From assembly GCF_004010195.1 (NCBI RefSeq), contig NC_057719.1:46076021-46140020 (forward strand): 64,000 nucleotides of DNA. The letters are read 5' to 3'. The stretch comes from Chiloscyllium plagiosum. Its lineage: Eukaryota. Of this stretch, positions 1 to 13,400 are shown piece after piece. The position numbers and the translations under genes were made by a program. Below the pieces are notes generated by a model. The model was not told the origin of the DNA, made no database searches, and saw nothing but the letters and a program-made list of their open reading frames with translations. How positions within the stretch are numbered: position 1 is the first letter of the stretch; each line of letters begins with the position of its first letter.

Positions 1-3000
1 ATAGGTGCACAAAATTGGCTTTATACAGCTGACCAAATACTGGGGTGATAAAAATACCTAAGTATAGAAAACCCTCCAGTGACCACCGGAAGGGAAAACA
101 AGATCCGTCCGGTAAGTTAGGTATACAGGCGAGACCACCCAACGACATGGCCTCCGATTTCATAAAATTGACTTTATAGCTTGAGAACATACTAAATAGA
201 TTAATCGCTTGAATTAGGCGGGGCATGGATATCCAAGGATTACTTAAGAAAAGGAGGACATCATCTGCATAGAGAGTGATTTTATGTTTACCCGAACCAA
301 CCCTCGGAGCCGCTATGTTAGGGTCAGTACGTATAGCTTCCGCTAGTGTTTCGATTACTAGCGTGAATAGTAATGGTAATCCCTGATGACAGCCTCTCTT
401 TTATGATGTATGGTAAGACCCTCTCCAGTCTTAATGCTAACATTTTAGAAAGGATTTTAAAATCCACATTTAGCAAGGATATTGGTCTATATGATGAACA
501 ATCTTCTGGGGCCTTTCCTTTTTTAAGAATGAGAGAGATATTTGCTTCTCTCAACGAAGGCAGGAGGCAGCCCTGACTATGTGAATAATTATACATGTCC
601 ATAAGTGGACCAGCCAGTTCCCCAATAAATTCTTTATAAAACTCAACCTGGAATCCATCTGGTCTAGGTGCTTTGCCTTTCTGAAACTGTCTAATTGCAT
701 CGACTACTTCCTAGGTTGTCAGGGGAGCATTCAGGATTGACATCTACTCCGAGGTTAAGTCTGGACAGGCCAAGTTTTTAAAGAAGGACTCCATCTTCTT
801 AGTTCTATCCTCACAGTCCTGTGATTTATACAGTTCAAAATAGAACTTTCTAAAGGCTGTATCGATCCTTTTACAATCACAAGTCAAAGTACCAGCACTT
901 TCTCTAATGGATGTAATAGCTTAAGGGGCCTGTTTTTTCCTAGCAAGATACGCTAGGTATCTGCCTGGCTTGTCACCATATTCATATAGTCTTTGCTTTG
1001 CAAATTATATATCCCTCTTTGCTATTTGGGTGTGCGGTATTCAAGGCTGTCCTAAGGGCTGTGATCCTTTGTAGCTTAGTAATGGAGGGCCTATCAACAT
1101 ACGCTGACTCAGCTGCCTTCAAGTGAGCCTCGAGCAGGCACTGTTGTTCTCCCTTTTGTATTTTCTGGGTCATAGAATATAAGATGATCAAACCTCGTGC
1201 ATAAGCCTTAATGGTCTCCCACATCATCAAAGGGTTACTGGCCGTATCTGAATTAATTTCCAAAAAGGTTTTGAATTCCTGAGAAAAATATTTTATAAAT
1301 TTGCTATCCTTCATTAAGAACGAATCCATACGCCACTGTCCCATCATCCCTAGTCTTTACTTCCATATATACTGCAGCATGATCAGAAATTGCTATATTA
1401 CCTATTTTGCAGGACAATATGGAGTTCAAAAGGGTCGAGGGAGCAAAGAACATATCAATTCTAGTATGGCACTTTGTGGGTTAGAGTAGAAAGTAAAGTC
1501 TCTGTCCTGGGGGTGAAGACACCTCCACACATCTACTAGCCCTAGCTCCTTATTCAGATCTGCCAATTATCTAGATCTATGGGATATACCCATAGTACTC
1601 TTAGGTATCCTATCTGTCTCTGAGTCCATAATACAGTTAAAATCTCCTCCTATAATTGTATGGCGGGCCCCAAAAGCCATCAACATGGAGAATGCTTCCA
1701 TTACAAATTTGAAGGGGTGCGTCGAGGGCAATAAAGATTCAAAATTCCATACTCCTCTCCATATATTAGAGCTCTGATCAGTATATACCTCCCAGACTCA
1801 CCTTTTATCTGGCTTAAGATTTGGAAAGGAAGATTCTTCTGAATGAGAATGACTACTTGCCTACTTTTGGAACTGAAAGATGAGAAAAAAGCCTGACCGA
1901 ACCCACCCTGTTGCAACTTTAAGTGCTCTTTATCAGTAAATGTGTCTCCTGTAAAAGAGCTATGTCAACCCTTTCTTTTTTGAGATTTAATAATATCTTC
2001 TTCCTTTTGATTGGTGAATGACTCCCCTTGACATTCCAGGTGCACTATCTAAGCGAATGACTAGCCATGATGGTCCAGGCAGGCCCGAGACCCCCCAGGA
2101 GGAAGGACCCCACCCAAAAAACCTGGAATAAAGACCATAGAAAATTCACAAAAGCAAAAATTCTTTAAGACATTGACACCAACACAATTAAAAACTATTC
2201 CTGAGTAAAAAAAAATGCAAACACATTTAAAAGGAGACTTTCCCCCTTGCTCCCAAGGGGCGTAACTACCTATTAATAACCCCACCATAACCTCTCCTAA
2301 CTAGTGCCCCGCCCTCGGTCCAGGCATTACAGAATGGAATAGACAAATGCAAGTGTTCTATGAAACCAAAGTTAACAGTGAGTGACCCATCCTCCTCCCC
2401 CACACCAACACCTTGGTGCGTTTAGCAAGCATAATACAAAATATAAACATATAAAACTACAAAGTTACAGTCCCAGCAAGTATTAGATAACTAAGTAAAA
2501 TGTCAGAAGAAGAAAACCCTGCTATAAAAAAAGGTTGAAAGAAACAAAACCCCCCTCCCATTCAAATCGAATAAACCGCACGACCTGTAAAAAAAATCAA
2601 ATAGAGAGTAACAAATAAGCCCCCCTCCCCACCCCCGGGAAAGATAATGGAAAAAAAAAGATGAAGAAAGGAAAAAAAAGGGTAAACCGGGGTGGGAGGG
2701 AGGGGCAAAATAAAATCATTATCCATACAGTTTAAGTTCCATAGAGAGTCCAAGACTTCTTTGCCTTTTCCGGTGATCCAAATTTATATACGGACCCTCC
2801 ATGGCTGAAGCGCAGCGTTGCCGGAGAATGCATAGAGTGTTGGATATTTAGGTCTCTTAGATGCTTCTTTGCCTCATCGAATCCCCTCCTCTTGCAGACC
2901 CACGGCTGGAGAAAAGTCCTGGAATAATATTATCCTGGCACCCTTGTGCATCATGGCCTGGGGATCCTTCCCCAGGACTCTGGAGGCTTCCAGGAGCATC

Positions 3001-3758
3001 TGCTTCTCTGTATAGCATTGGGGCCAGAACAGAACCGGGTGGGTACGCTGGTCCAACCTGGGCCTGTGCACAGCAACCCAGTGGGCCCACTCCACCCGCA
3101 CCTGGCCTGGTCCTGACCTCAACTTTAATATTTGTGGGACCATTGCTCCTCAAGGTCTACAAGCTGGCCTTCCTATTCCGTTCGGGAAGGCCCAGCAACC
3201 AAATTATTTTTTCGATGGCCCCGATTATCGAGGTCATTGATGCGCACTTCCAGGGTCCGGATTCACTGCTCGAGAGCCCAGACCCAGCCCACAGATGAAT
3301 CGTCAGCAATCTCCGAGGCCGTGGCCCTTTGTTCTGCCCCTCCAATGTGCTGTTTAAGCTTTTCAATTTCTCAGTCATGCTTCTGCAGCACGACCGAGAA
3401 TAACTCCCACCTGGTCCTGGACCCTTCAATGATGGTGTCGATCTTCTCCTGGAGCTTGTTGATCCCGCAGATCAGGCTCACCTTTGCAGGTAAATCCCCC
3501 GAAGCGGCCACAGACGTCTCCGCTGCTGCGGGAAGGGATGGGGGAGAGGACCCTGTCTGTTGTGAGCTACGTGACTTTTTGCCTTTAGTCATTTTAATAA
3601 CAACACCAAACTGTCCAAGTTTGATGTAAAATGACTAACTATGCTGGGCAAAAGCTATTTTAAATGATTTAAGAAGGGTGGTGAAGGCGGGTGCCCCACT
3701 TTGCCCGAGTCTTAGGCAGAGCACTACAGACTCAGACTTGCTGAGTCACTGTCATCTT
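1..3758 (-). mobile_element. L1/Tx1-clade LINE, degenerate; 5' end present, 3' end beyond window
   Basis: ORF1 remnant ~3592-2730 (MTKGKK..., DLDNRGHRKN..LGLPE); ORF2 from ATG at 2068 with endonuclease start CTWNVKG, RT motifs YRPISLLNVDFKIL and ITLYADDVLL; stops and frameshifts. Confidence 0.9.
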
Positions 3759-4075
3759 TAGATTAGATTACTTACAGTGTGGAAACAGGCCCTTCGGCCC
3801 AACAAGTCCACACCAACCCTCCGAAGTGCAACCCACCCAGACCCATTCCCCTACATTTACCCCTTCACCTAACATTACGGGCAATTTAGCATGGTCAATT
3901 CACCTAACCTGCATATCTTTGGGCTGTGGGAGGAAACCGGAGCACCTAGAGGAAACCCACCCAGACACGGGGAGAATGTGCAAATTCCACACAGAGAGTT
4001 GCCCAAGGTGGGAATTGAACGTGGGTCTCTGGCACTGTGAGGCAGCGTGCTAACCACTGTGCCACCATGCCACCG
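3759..4075 (-). mobile_element. HE1/V-SINE-like tRNA-derived SINE
   Basis: tRNA-like head TGGCACAGTGGTTAGCAC...GGTTC, central GGTTTCCTCCCACAG, CR1-like tail ending (TAATC)n. Confidence 0.85.
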
Positions 4076-4215
4076 TTGTGTGATTTTTAACTTTGTCCAC
4101 CCCATTCCAACACCTGCACTTTCACATCAATTAAAATTATAAACAACCAAATAGGATGCATGTGAACTGTTTGATTGGACAGCATTGGAAGGGGCTCATT
4201 GGTAATCCAAAGCAC

Positions 4216-4505
4216 ATTGGGTGGCAAGGTGGTTAGCATTGCTGCATCACAGTGACAGGGCCCCAGGTTCGATTCCAGCCTGGGACGACTGTCTGTGTTG
4301 AGTTTGCATATTCTCCCTGTGTCTGTGTAGGTTTCCTCTCACAATCCAAAGATGTATAAGTTAAGTAAATTGTCCATTGTGGTCACGGGTAAATGTAGAG
4401 TAAAAAATGGGGGAATGGGTCTGGGAGGGTCACTCTCTCTGGAGAGTTGGTGTGGACTTGTTGGGCCAAATGGCTTGCTTCCACAATGTAGGAATTCTTC
4501 TATGA
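4216..4505 (+). mobile_element. HE1/V-SINE-like SINE (older copy)
   Basis: Same head, body and tail as 3759-4075 in opposite orientation. Confidence 0.8.
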
Positions 4506-6739
4506 TATCTTTATAGATGGCATTGACAGTGTTAATGTAGAGATGTCTCCTCTGAAACCAAATCCAGGGGCCATGAATCCAACAGAGAAATTTCTTTATT
4601 CAGAGACTGCTTAGAGAATATGGAACTCATGGCCACAAAGAAACGCTGAGGTGAACAGTATGGATGTATTTAAGGAGAAATTAGGTAAACATCCGTGGGA
4701 GAAAGGAATAGCTGATGTTCTATTAGGTTAGATGAGAATGCATGGATGATAGTTGAACCAATTGAGGTGAATGGTCTATTTCAGTTGTGCACAGACTGTG
4801 TAATTGCTGTCTGGCAAATCCTTCTGGAAATGAGCATAGTCTGCCTTGTTACACAGCTGAAGCCACCTCCTCATATCTACATTAGCCCATGCTCAGGCTA
4901 GGGCAGCAAAGTGCAACAGTAGATACAAAACAAAACCCATAGAATGAGCTACTTCATTTGCTCAGAGAGAACAGCATTGAAAGGAAAAAAATCGTATATT
5001 ATACTTACCAGTGCATTTATAAATAGATATGCAGCATATCGTTGTAAGTATTAGATTTATGTTTGCACCATAAAATGGTGGAACCATGGTATATAAAAAT
5101 ACTGTAGTTGTGAAAATAATGGGAAAACATCTCCACATTTTATATCGTAAGTTATGTGTGCTATTTATCAAACAAGTGCTCAAGCACATAGTCATCTGTG
5201 GCCTAATGACCAATTGTTGACCATGCTCCTTTAGCAGTGAGGGATAAGCAGGCTTTCTTTTGGATCAAATTTATTCCAAGATGACACATAGTGTAATAGA
5301 AAATATGAAGTCAGTCAACACACCATTTAACTCAATAATCCAATTAAGTTAAGCAGGTTTGTAAGACAGCAAGACAATATTGATGACTGTCTGTCAGCCA
5401 GTCAAACTTAATAATTTTTTATGAAAAAGTAGATCAGTTACAGAGAGCTGGGAACCTTCAGACTTAACAGCCAGTTGCTAGTAGCAGGAAGATTACTAAT
5501 GCTCTGTGCTATTAAACTGCAGAGTATTACAGATATTTTTCAAGTAACCTGTTCAAAGATGCTATTACAAGCTTCTGAAGCAGACACGACTTGAATCTAG
5601 GCCTCCTAGCTTTGAGATAGATACAGAATACTACTACTGTCTCACAAGAGCCCCTATACAGGATTTCCTACTTGCCTGTTTTGATCAATCAAGCATGACG
5701 ATAGATTAAAAATGAACTAAATGTCTCACAGCAAACAATTTTAATTTCTTAGCATGCCTAAGTGATGCTTTCAGTGAATAATAAGCCACCTTTAGTACAA
5801 TATACTCCTGAACAAAGTAATAAACAGATATGAAAATGCCATTCCATCTGTCGATCCCAATCCTGAGGACAAATTCATGGGAGACTATCATGATTGTGGA
5901 AGAACTACAGTCCAATATTGTCGGCTTTTGGCTGATGAATTTTAGCCATTTCTATCAATTACTGTTTGGAATGGAATGGAATCATCATTCCACACAAGGA
6001 ATCAAAGAACAGACCCTGATAACTAGAAAGTAATATACCAAAGATCTTGTCAGAGGTGAAAGCAGCCTCGAAGCTCAACTATCTTAAATAAAAATCTTTG
6101 AGTGTCAGTTCCAAATATTGATCGTTCTTCATATGGAGGACTTCCTGAAATCAATTTCAAGCGATGCAGCTTCCAACCTCTTCTGAAAGTTACTGCCAAA
6201 CATACAGTACTACCAATTTTCAATGTGTAGGTAAGGAATAGAAGCAGATCCTTAGGTATTCTGGAGATGATTAATAATGGAATATGAGCAGTTAATGCAA
6301 GAAATGCACGGAAATGCATTTAAAGACCTTAAGCCACTTTGGACCTGCAGTCATTGTTCTTGAAAGCACATTAAAAAGTGCCTCTTATTTTAAACATTTC
6401 ATTGCATAATTAAGATTACTTTCTTCTGAGATGATTGTTCAATGGATGAAAAAGTCAAGATTGTGGCAACAGCTGAAAATTACAGAAACAAAGGCTTAGA
6501 GCAAAATCATCACCTGATTCAAGGACAAGAACTCAGAGTAACTACATCGCCATCTTGATAAACCCAATTATCTCAGTAATATGATGTATCTCCTGCAGAC
6601 TGGTTGGAGATATTTCTACCTAGTGCACAGTGATCATGATAGTATTGGTTAGCTTAGTTGGCTACAATGTGATGCAAAATAATGCTAAAAGCTTTGGGTT
6701 TAAATGGTCACTCTAAACTCTAAAATAACAAAGAGCTAC

Positions 6740-6932
6740 CTTTTCCCCAGCCCACCCCCCTCCTATTTATCTCCCAGCCCCCTTGCCGCCCCTCCCCAAC
6801 CATTCCTGATGAAGAGCTCATGCTTGAAATGTTAACTCTCCTGATCCTCAGATGCTGCCTGACGGGCTGTGCTTTACTAGCACCACACTTTTCAACTCTG
6901 ATCTCCAGCATCTGCGGTCCTCACTTTCTCCC
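6740..6932 (+). mobile_element. Penelope-like pLTR remnant with decayed hammerhead motif
   Basis: CATTCCTGATGAAGAGCTCATGCTTGAAATGTT followed by GATGCTGCCTGAC...CTCCAGCATCTGC, homologous to 21150-21424. Confidence 0.7.
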
Positions 6933-7212
6933 TCTTCTGTCAGGCAGACAATACAGAAGCTTGAACACACGCACCATCAGGCTCAAGAACAGCTTATTCC
7001 CTGCTGTAGTTAGACTGATGATTGGACCTCTCTAACTTCAAATAATGTTGATCTTACTTTGTGCACCCTCCTACTGCAGCCATAACCCTGTATGCTTCAC
7101 TTTAAGCACTCCATGATCTGTATGTCCTTTTTGCTATGATCTGCCTGTACTGCTCGCAAACAAAGCTTTTCACTGTACCTAGGTACATCTGATTACAATA
7201 AAGCAAATCAAA
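6925..7212 (+). mobile_element. Rex1/Babar-like LINE 3' end
   Basis: LLSGRQYRSLNTRTIRLKNSLFPAVVRLM resembles the Rex1/Babar C-terminus; AATAAA and repeat-like tail. Confidence 0.6.
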
Positions 7213-7971
7213 CTCCTCTTATAGTATGTGTCCACTTTCTGGGTGATTCATTGTAAGGTTTTAGACCAAAACATTGCAGATGCAATACTTAACATAATGG
7301 CAATAATTGATTCATCAGAATTTTAGGGCTGCTTGTTTGAGATTGAAGTGAAGGAGAGTGAAGTGCTATACTCTCCTTTTAAGCTACATTGTACAGGAAT
7401 TGGAAGTGTTTGATGTGAATAGCAAAAATATGCCATTTGCCCTTGTTCATATTTACTTGGAAGAACAAACAATATATACTAAATGTCATGTACAGTGAAT
7501 GTGGAGAATGAATCCTCCCCTGAATTAATTCAAGGGAGTGTTGTACTACAGTAACCTTTATACTAGCTCCTTTTGCCTTTTACTGGAATTAGAATTCAAT
7601 AATAATTTCATTCTTAACTAACTAGGATAGTTATTACACATCAATAATCAAGCTCTGTTTTGGAAGCTGTAACTGGCAGATGACAACAGTTCAAAGGTTC
7701 ACTGGAATCAAATTAATGAATGCATGAAAATTTTCTACAGTCCATTTTCCTGCTAATTAGCATTTCAGGATCAGTTTGTCCTTTGAGAGAAACGATTGTT
7801 GAACCACCACTTTTTCATTTCTGATTTCAAATGCTTGGCAAAAACTCTGTTCGTCCACCACACACATTGTTGCAACTGTTAAATGTACTCTGATGCAGAT
7901 ATGAGGTAAAATTGACATTTTATTGCTCTAGATATTTTTAAAGTTAAGAATATAACAATAAAATAAAGTTT

Positions 7972-8245
7972 TAAGAGTCAACCACATTGTTGTCGGTTTG
8001 GAGTCATGTGTAGGTCAGACCAGGTAAGGATGGCAGATTTCCTTCTGCTAAAGTACATTAGTGAAACAGATAGGTTTTTCCCAATAATTGACAATTGTTT
8101 TATGGTCACCATTACACTCTTAATTCCAGATTTTTAACATTAAATTCAAATTCCAACATCTGCCGTGGCAGGATTCAAACCCAAATCCCTCGAACATTAT
8201 TTGGGGCCCTGAATTAATAGTTATCTAGTGATAATGCCATCATCT
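7972..8245 (-). mobile_element. SINE-like repeat, same family as 54030-54628
   Basis: Reverse complement similar to 54030-54275 (GGCAGATG..GGAATTTGAATT, AAAAACC..TCTG.TTCAC, CCATCCTTACCT.GTCTG.CCTAC). Confidence 0.65.
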
Positions 8246-8689
8246 CCCCTAAAATTTAGTACAGGTGTATAGGTATAACGTAACAATAAACTTATGTAGC
8301 TACATGCTGCTTTTAATAATCAGCAGCTTTAAATTCCCTAATAGCAAATTTTATTTTTCACACATGACAGAGGAAATGATTTACCATATTTGCAGTGCTA
8401 TATAAAATAACAATACAGCAAATTGCAGAATTACAATGAAAAAAATTCACATTTCAGATTTCCATAAAAATGAAGTATTTTATTATATGAATTTTAATTT
8501 TGTGGAAATTTTATTTGAATATTTGAACAAGTACTTGCTCTGAAGGTATCAGGGGTCATTAAGTTGTCATTTACACCATTTTCTTAAGTGGTGATGGAAA
8601 TTTTTAATATCTTCCCTGTAAAGACCAGTGAGGAATGAATGAATGAAAATAATTGATTCTTCATTTTAACCAGGCTTTAGCAATAGACA

Positions 8690-11325
8690 AGGGCAAGTTC
8701 TAAATTGGAGGAAGGCCAATTTTGATGATACTAAGCAAGAACTTTCAAAAGTTGATTGGGGGCAGATGTTCACAGGTAAAGGGATGGCTGGAAAATGGGA
8801 AGCCTTCATAAATGAGATAACAAGAATTCAGAGACAGTATATCCCTGTTAGGGTGAAAGGCTAGGCTGGTAGGTGTAGGGAAAGCTGGATGACTAGAGAA
8901 ATTGAGGTTTTGGTTCGGAAAAAGAAGGAAGAATATTTCAGGTGAAGACAGTAGAGATCGAGTGAATCCTCAGAAGAATGTAAAAGGTAGTAGGAGCATA
9001 CTTAAGAGGGAAAACAGGAGGGCAAAAAGGAGACATAAGATAGCTCTGGCAGAGTTAAGGCGAATCCAAAGGGATTTTAAGAACATATTAAGGACAAAAG
9101 GTAATTAGGGAGAGAATAGGGAGCCCCAAAGATCAGTAAGGCAGCCTATGTGTGGAACCACTGGAAATGGGGAAGATACGAAACAAGTATTTTGCATCAG
9201 TGTTTACTGTGCAGAAGGACATGGGGGATAAAGAATATGGGGAAATAGATGGTGACATTTTGAAAAATGTCCATATTACAGAGGTGGTGGTACTGGATGT
9301 GTTAAAATGCATTGAAGTGGATAAATCCCCAGGACCTGATCAGGTGTATCCTGTGGGAAGCTTAAGTGATTGCTGGGCCCCTTGCTGAGATATTTGCATC
9401 ATCAATAGTCACAGATGAGGTGCCAGATGACTGGAGGTTGGCTAACGTGATGCCACTGTTTAAGAAAGGTGGTAAGGAAAAGCCAGGGAACTATGCACTG
9501 GTGAGCCTGACATTGTTGGTGGGTAAATTGTTGGAGGGAATCCTGAGGGACAGAATTTTCATGTATTTGGAGAGGCCAGGACTGATTAGGGATAGTCAAC
9601 ATGGTTTTTTGCATGGGAAATCATGTCTCACGAACTTGATTGAGTTTTCTGAAGAAGTAATGAAGAGGATTGATGAGGGCAGAACAGTGGACGTGATCCG
9701 TATGGACTTCAATAAGGCGGTCAACACGGTTCCTCATGGAAAACTGGATAGCAAGGTTAGGTCTCATGGAATACAGGGAGAACTAGCTATTTGGATACAG
9801 ACCTGGCTCAAAGGTAGAAGACAGAGACTGGTGGTGGAGGGATGCCTTTCATGACTGGAGGTTACCAGTGGTGTGCCATAAGGATTGATGCTGTGTCCAC
9901 TGCTTTTTGTCATCTATATAAATAATATGGATGTTAACCTAAGAGGTATAGTTAGTAAGTTTGAGTATGACACCAAAATTGGAGGTGTAGTGGACAGTGA
10001 AGAAGGTTACCTTAGATTACAACGGAATCTTGATCAGATGGGCCAATTGGTTGAGGAATGGCAGATGGAGTTTAGTTTAGATAAATGTGCGGTTCTGCAT
10101 TTTGGAAAGGCAAATCAGAGCAGGACTTACACACTTAATGGCAAGCTCCTGGGGAGTGCTGCTGAACAAACTGACTTTGGAGTGCAGATTCATAGTTCCT
10201 AAAAAGTTAAGTTGCAGGTAGATAGGAGAGTGAAGAAGGCATTTGGTTTGCTTTCCTTTATTGGTCAGAGCAATTGGGAGGTTGTGTTGCAGCTGTACAG
10301 GACATTGGTTAGGCCATTTTTGGAATATTGCATGCAATTCTGGTCTCCTTCCTGTCAGAAGGATGTTGTGAAACTTGAAAGGGTTCAGAAAAGATATACA
10401 AGGATGTTGCCAGCGTAAAGATTTGAGCTACAGGGAGAGGCTGACTAGGCTGGGGCTATTTTTCCTGGAGCATCGGAGGTTGAGGGGTGACATTATAGAC
10501 GTTTATAAAATCGTTGTTGTGGTTCTGTTCGCCGAGCTGGGAACATCCATGAACACCAACTAGCCACGAAACGACATAACCAACTATCCTTTGTATCCAC
10601 ACACGCAGATGACAAGCAACATGAATTCGACTGGGACAACACTACTATTATAGGACAAGCCAAACAGAGAACAGCCAGGGAATTCCTAGAGGCATGGCAC
10701 TCATCCACAGATTCAACCAATAAGCACATCGACCTGGACCCAATATACCGACCACTGCAGCGGACAGCTGGAACTGACAACCGGAAGCGGCAGATACAAA
10801 CCACTATAAATGCCGGAGGAAACATCACAGAAGCGCTTCACAGGAGGCTCCCAAGCACTGAGGATGTCACCTAGACAGGGGGGCGAAACACGTCTGCAAC
10901 ACAAATTCCCAGCTCGGCGAACAGAACCACAATAACGAGCACCCAAGCTACAAATCTTCTCACAAACTTTGTTTATAAAATCATGAGGGGCATGGATAGG
11001 ATAAATAGACAAGGTCTTTTCCCTGGGGTGAGCGAGTCCAGAACTAGAGTGCATAGGTTTAAAGTAGGAGAGGGGAAAATTTAAAAGGGACATAAGGGTC
11101 AACTTTTTCACGCAGACGGTGGTGCGTGTATGGAATGAGCTGCCAGAGGAAGTGGTGGAGGCTGGTACAATTACAACAGTTAAAAGGCACCTGGTTGGAT
11201 ATACAAATAGGAAGGATTTAGAGGGAAATGGGCCAAGTGCTGGCAAATGGGACTAGATTAGGTTAGGATATCTGGTCGGTATGAGTTGGACTGAAGGTCT
11301 GTTCCCATGCTGAATATCTCTATTT
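8690..11325 (+). mobile_element. CR1 (HER1-like) LINE, 5'-truncated and degenerate, interrupted by a PLE insertion
   Basis: ORF2 pieces DKSPGPD, DWRLANVMPLFKKG, QHGFLHGKSCLTNL, MDFNKA, WQMEFSLDKC, LERVQKRYTRMLP. Confidence 0.93.
10513..10970 (+). mobile_element. Penelope-like element 3' fragment (GIY-YIG tail + pLTR) with short inverted 5' segment
   Basis: IHEHQLATKRH...HEFDWDNTTIIGQAKQRTAREFLEAWHS; 12-bp TSD GTTTATAAAATC at 10501-10512 and 10971-10982; first ~31 nt are the inverse of ~10907-10937. Confidence 0.85.
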
Positions 11326-12199
11326 TTAATAGCAGATAACATCCCTTTCACCACTTAAATTTGAAAACACATTCAAACAGCTCAAGGATAAAAACACATT
11401 CATTTTACGATCAATAAAATTGTTCTCATTTACGGTGTGGGTGCTCAAAATTATCTGATTATCCAGGTCATCACCAAATCACAGCAGCAAGATCATGTTT
11501 ATTGAGAAAGTAACATTGATTCCAGTTACTATAGATTAAATTCATCCTGTTAAGGTTCTCTGAAATATTGAGATCATAGCAATTTAGAAGTTTGCAATAC
11601 TGCATTTACACTAACAAGCTGCCAATTCAGGTTTTAGAAGCATTGATTTTCCAAATCACTCAACTTTACAGTTTAGGAATCAAGCAATTCTTGCAACATA
11701 AACTCAATGCAGCGTTCTTGTACAACTTTCACTGGGTAATGATATCCAGCGAAACTGAAAAGATGACCAGATATGATGGCTCTGACAATCTGTTTTGCCA
11801 GAATCCATTTGCCCACAATTGCCAGACATTGGGTACCAGAGACAAACATAATGCAACAATAAAAAGTATATACTTTGTGTTATTTGGCCTCATTCTATTT
11901 GTAGACACAATCTTTAGAATGGTATTAGTTTCTCTCAAGTTAGCAGTTCTCCCTTGGCAGAGCTGGCCTAAGTTCACCACTGTCCAGTGATTGCCAGGAC
12001 CTTTTAAGCTGCAAATCTGCATTCTAACACAGCAGAATGTGCCAAAGCACTAAATACCTACATGTAATAAAACAAATCTGCAATGTAGATTTACTTAAAC
12101 AGCTAAACTAGAAAACAGATTTGAATATCTGCTGTTAAAACGGAATCTCCAAAAATTCAATAAACTTATTTAGACTTTGTTCCTTCAGTTCGGTGAGAG

Positions 12200-13400
12200 A
12201 CAATGGGCAGCAAGATTCCACTGATAGCCCCTCACAATCTATTTTGTTTGAGCCCAGGTGGTGTCACTCTCTTGCTGGGTCTTCCTTTGGATGGTCCCAT
12301 CTTCTTTTGGCATCCCGTCAACTACTGGCATGGGCATGCATCTGGGAGGCCAGATACAATGTCCTACCAGTCTCTCAAGTCTGTCATGATGCATCTCAGA
12401 CCAGACTTGCTCATTGTTGATATTCTCTCTCCCATTGATACCCAGGATCTTACATTGGCAATGTTGGTATCCAACTCCTCTCTTCCATATTTCACTGGCA
12501 TTGATTGTGCTGGTACTACTCTGCACGTGTAGAACCAAAACATCACAGCTATATTGATGGTGCTGGATGGCTTGGGAGTGTGCAGTTACTGGAAGACCAA
12601 CACTGTTTTGCTAATTCTTGTGTGGACTTTGATCTTTACATCACACTCGAGATGTAGCTTCCTAGCGAGGGAAAGTGGTCATCATCCTCTATTCTTATGG
12701 CCCAATGGTAGTGGGGAATCCCTTGTTGCAGTTCAGTTATCATAGTTTTGGTCTTTTCACAGCTGTAGATCAACTTTAGCGTTATATTCAACAATGGTCA
12801 TTGTGTCTTTGGAGTGTGCATGATTCTTCAGTCAGCAAGGTATTATTGTCTGTGAAATCTAGGTCCAATCGATGATATTGCCATCAAATATAGCATTTCT
12901 CATGATGAAATCAATCACCAAGAGGAAAAGGAATATGCAAAGTATAAAGCCTATGATTATGCTGCAAGGAGTCCATGCGATTCTTATTGAAGCATCTGGT
13001 GTCTTGTTTTAAAGATACACTTCAGGATGCTGTGCTATCAGTGATTGCTGATGGGTGCTATTGAAAACTTTAGTGAAATTAATTAGGTCTGGATAGCAGC
13101 GGTTTCTAATATTGTAGGAACTGCAGGCAACAGCGCCTAAGTGTAAAGATCTGCTCACTGCGTGATCTGCCACCCAGAAACATGCCTGATCTATTTCTGC
13201 CTTTAATCTGTTGCAGAACCACATGCTGAGGACTTTGCCAGTTACAGTGTAGCAGTTGTTGAATTTCCTTTTTGTTGGGAACATCATGATTACCGCTCCC
13301 CTCTAGTCAACTGTGATGTCCTCTGTAGTCTAAATCCTTAAAATTGATTTAGAGAACTCTGCCATATTTCAAGAACCTTGCTGGTATCTGGTCAATGGTG
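12200..13400 (-). mobile_element. RTE-like LINE remnant, heavily decayed
   Basis: Minus-strand fragments FLFLLVIDFIMRN, INF-TKVFNSTH and LVGHC...DTTW resemble RTE RT and C-terminal motifs. Confidence 0.5.
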
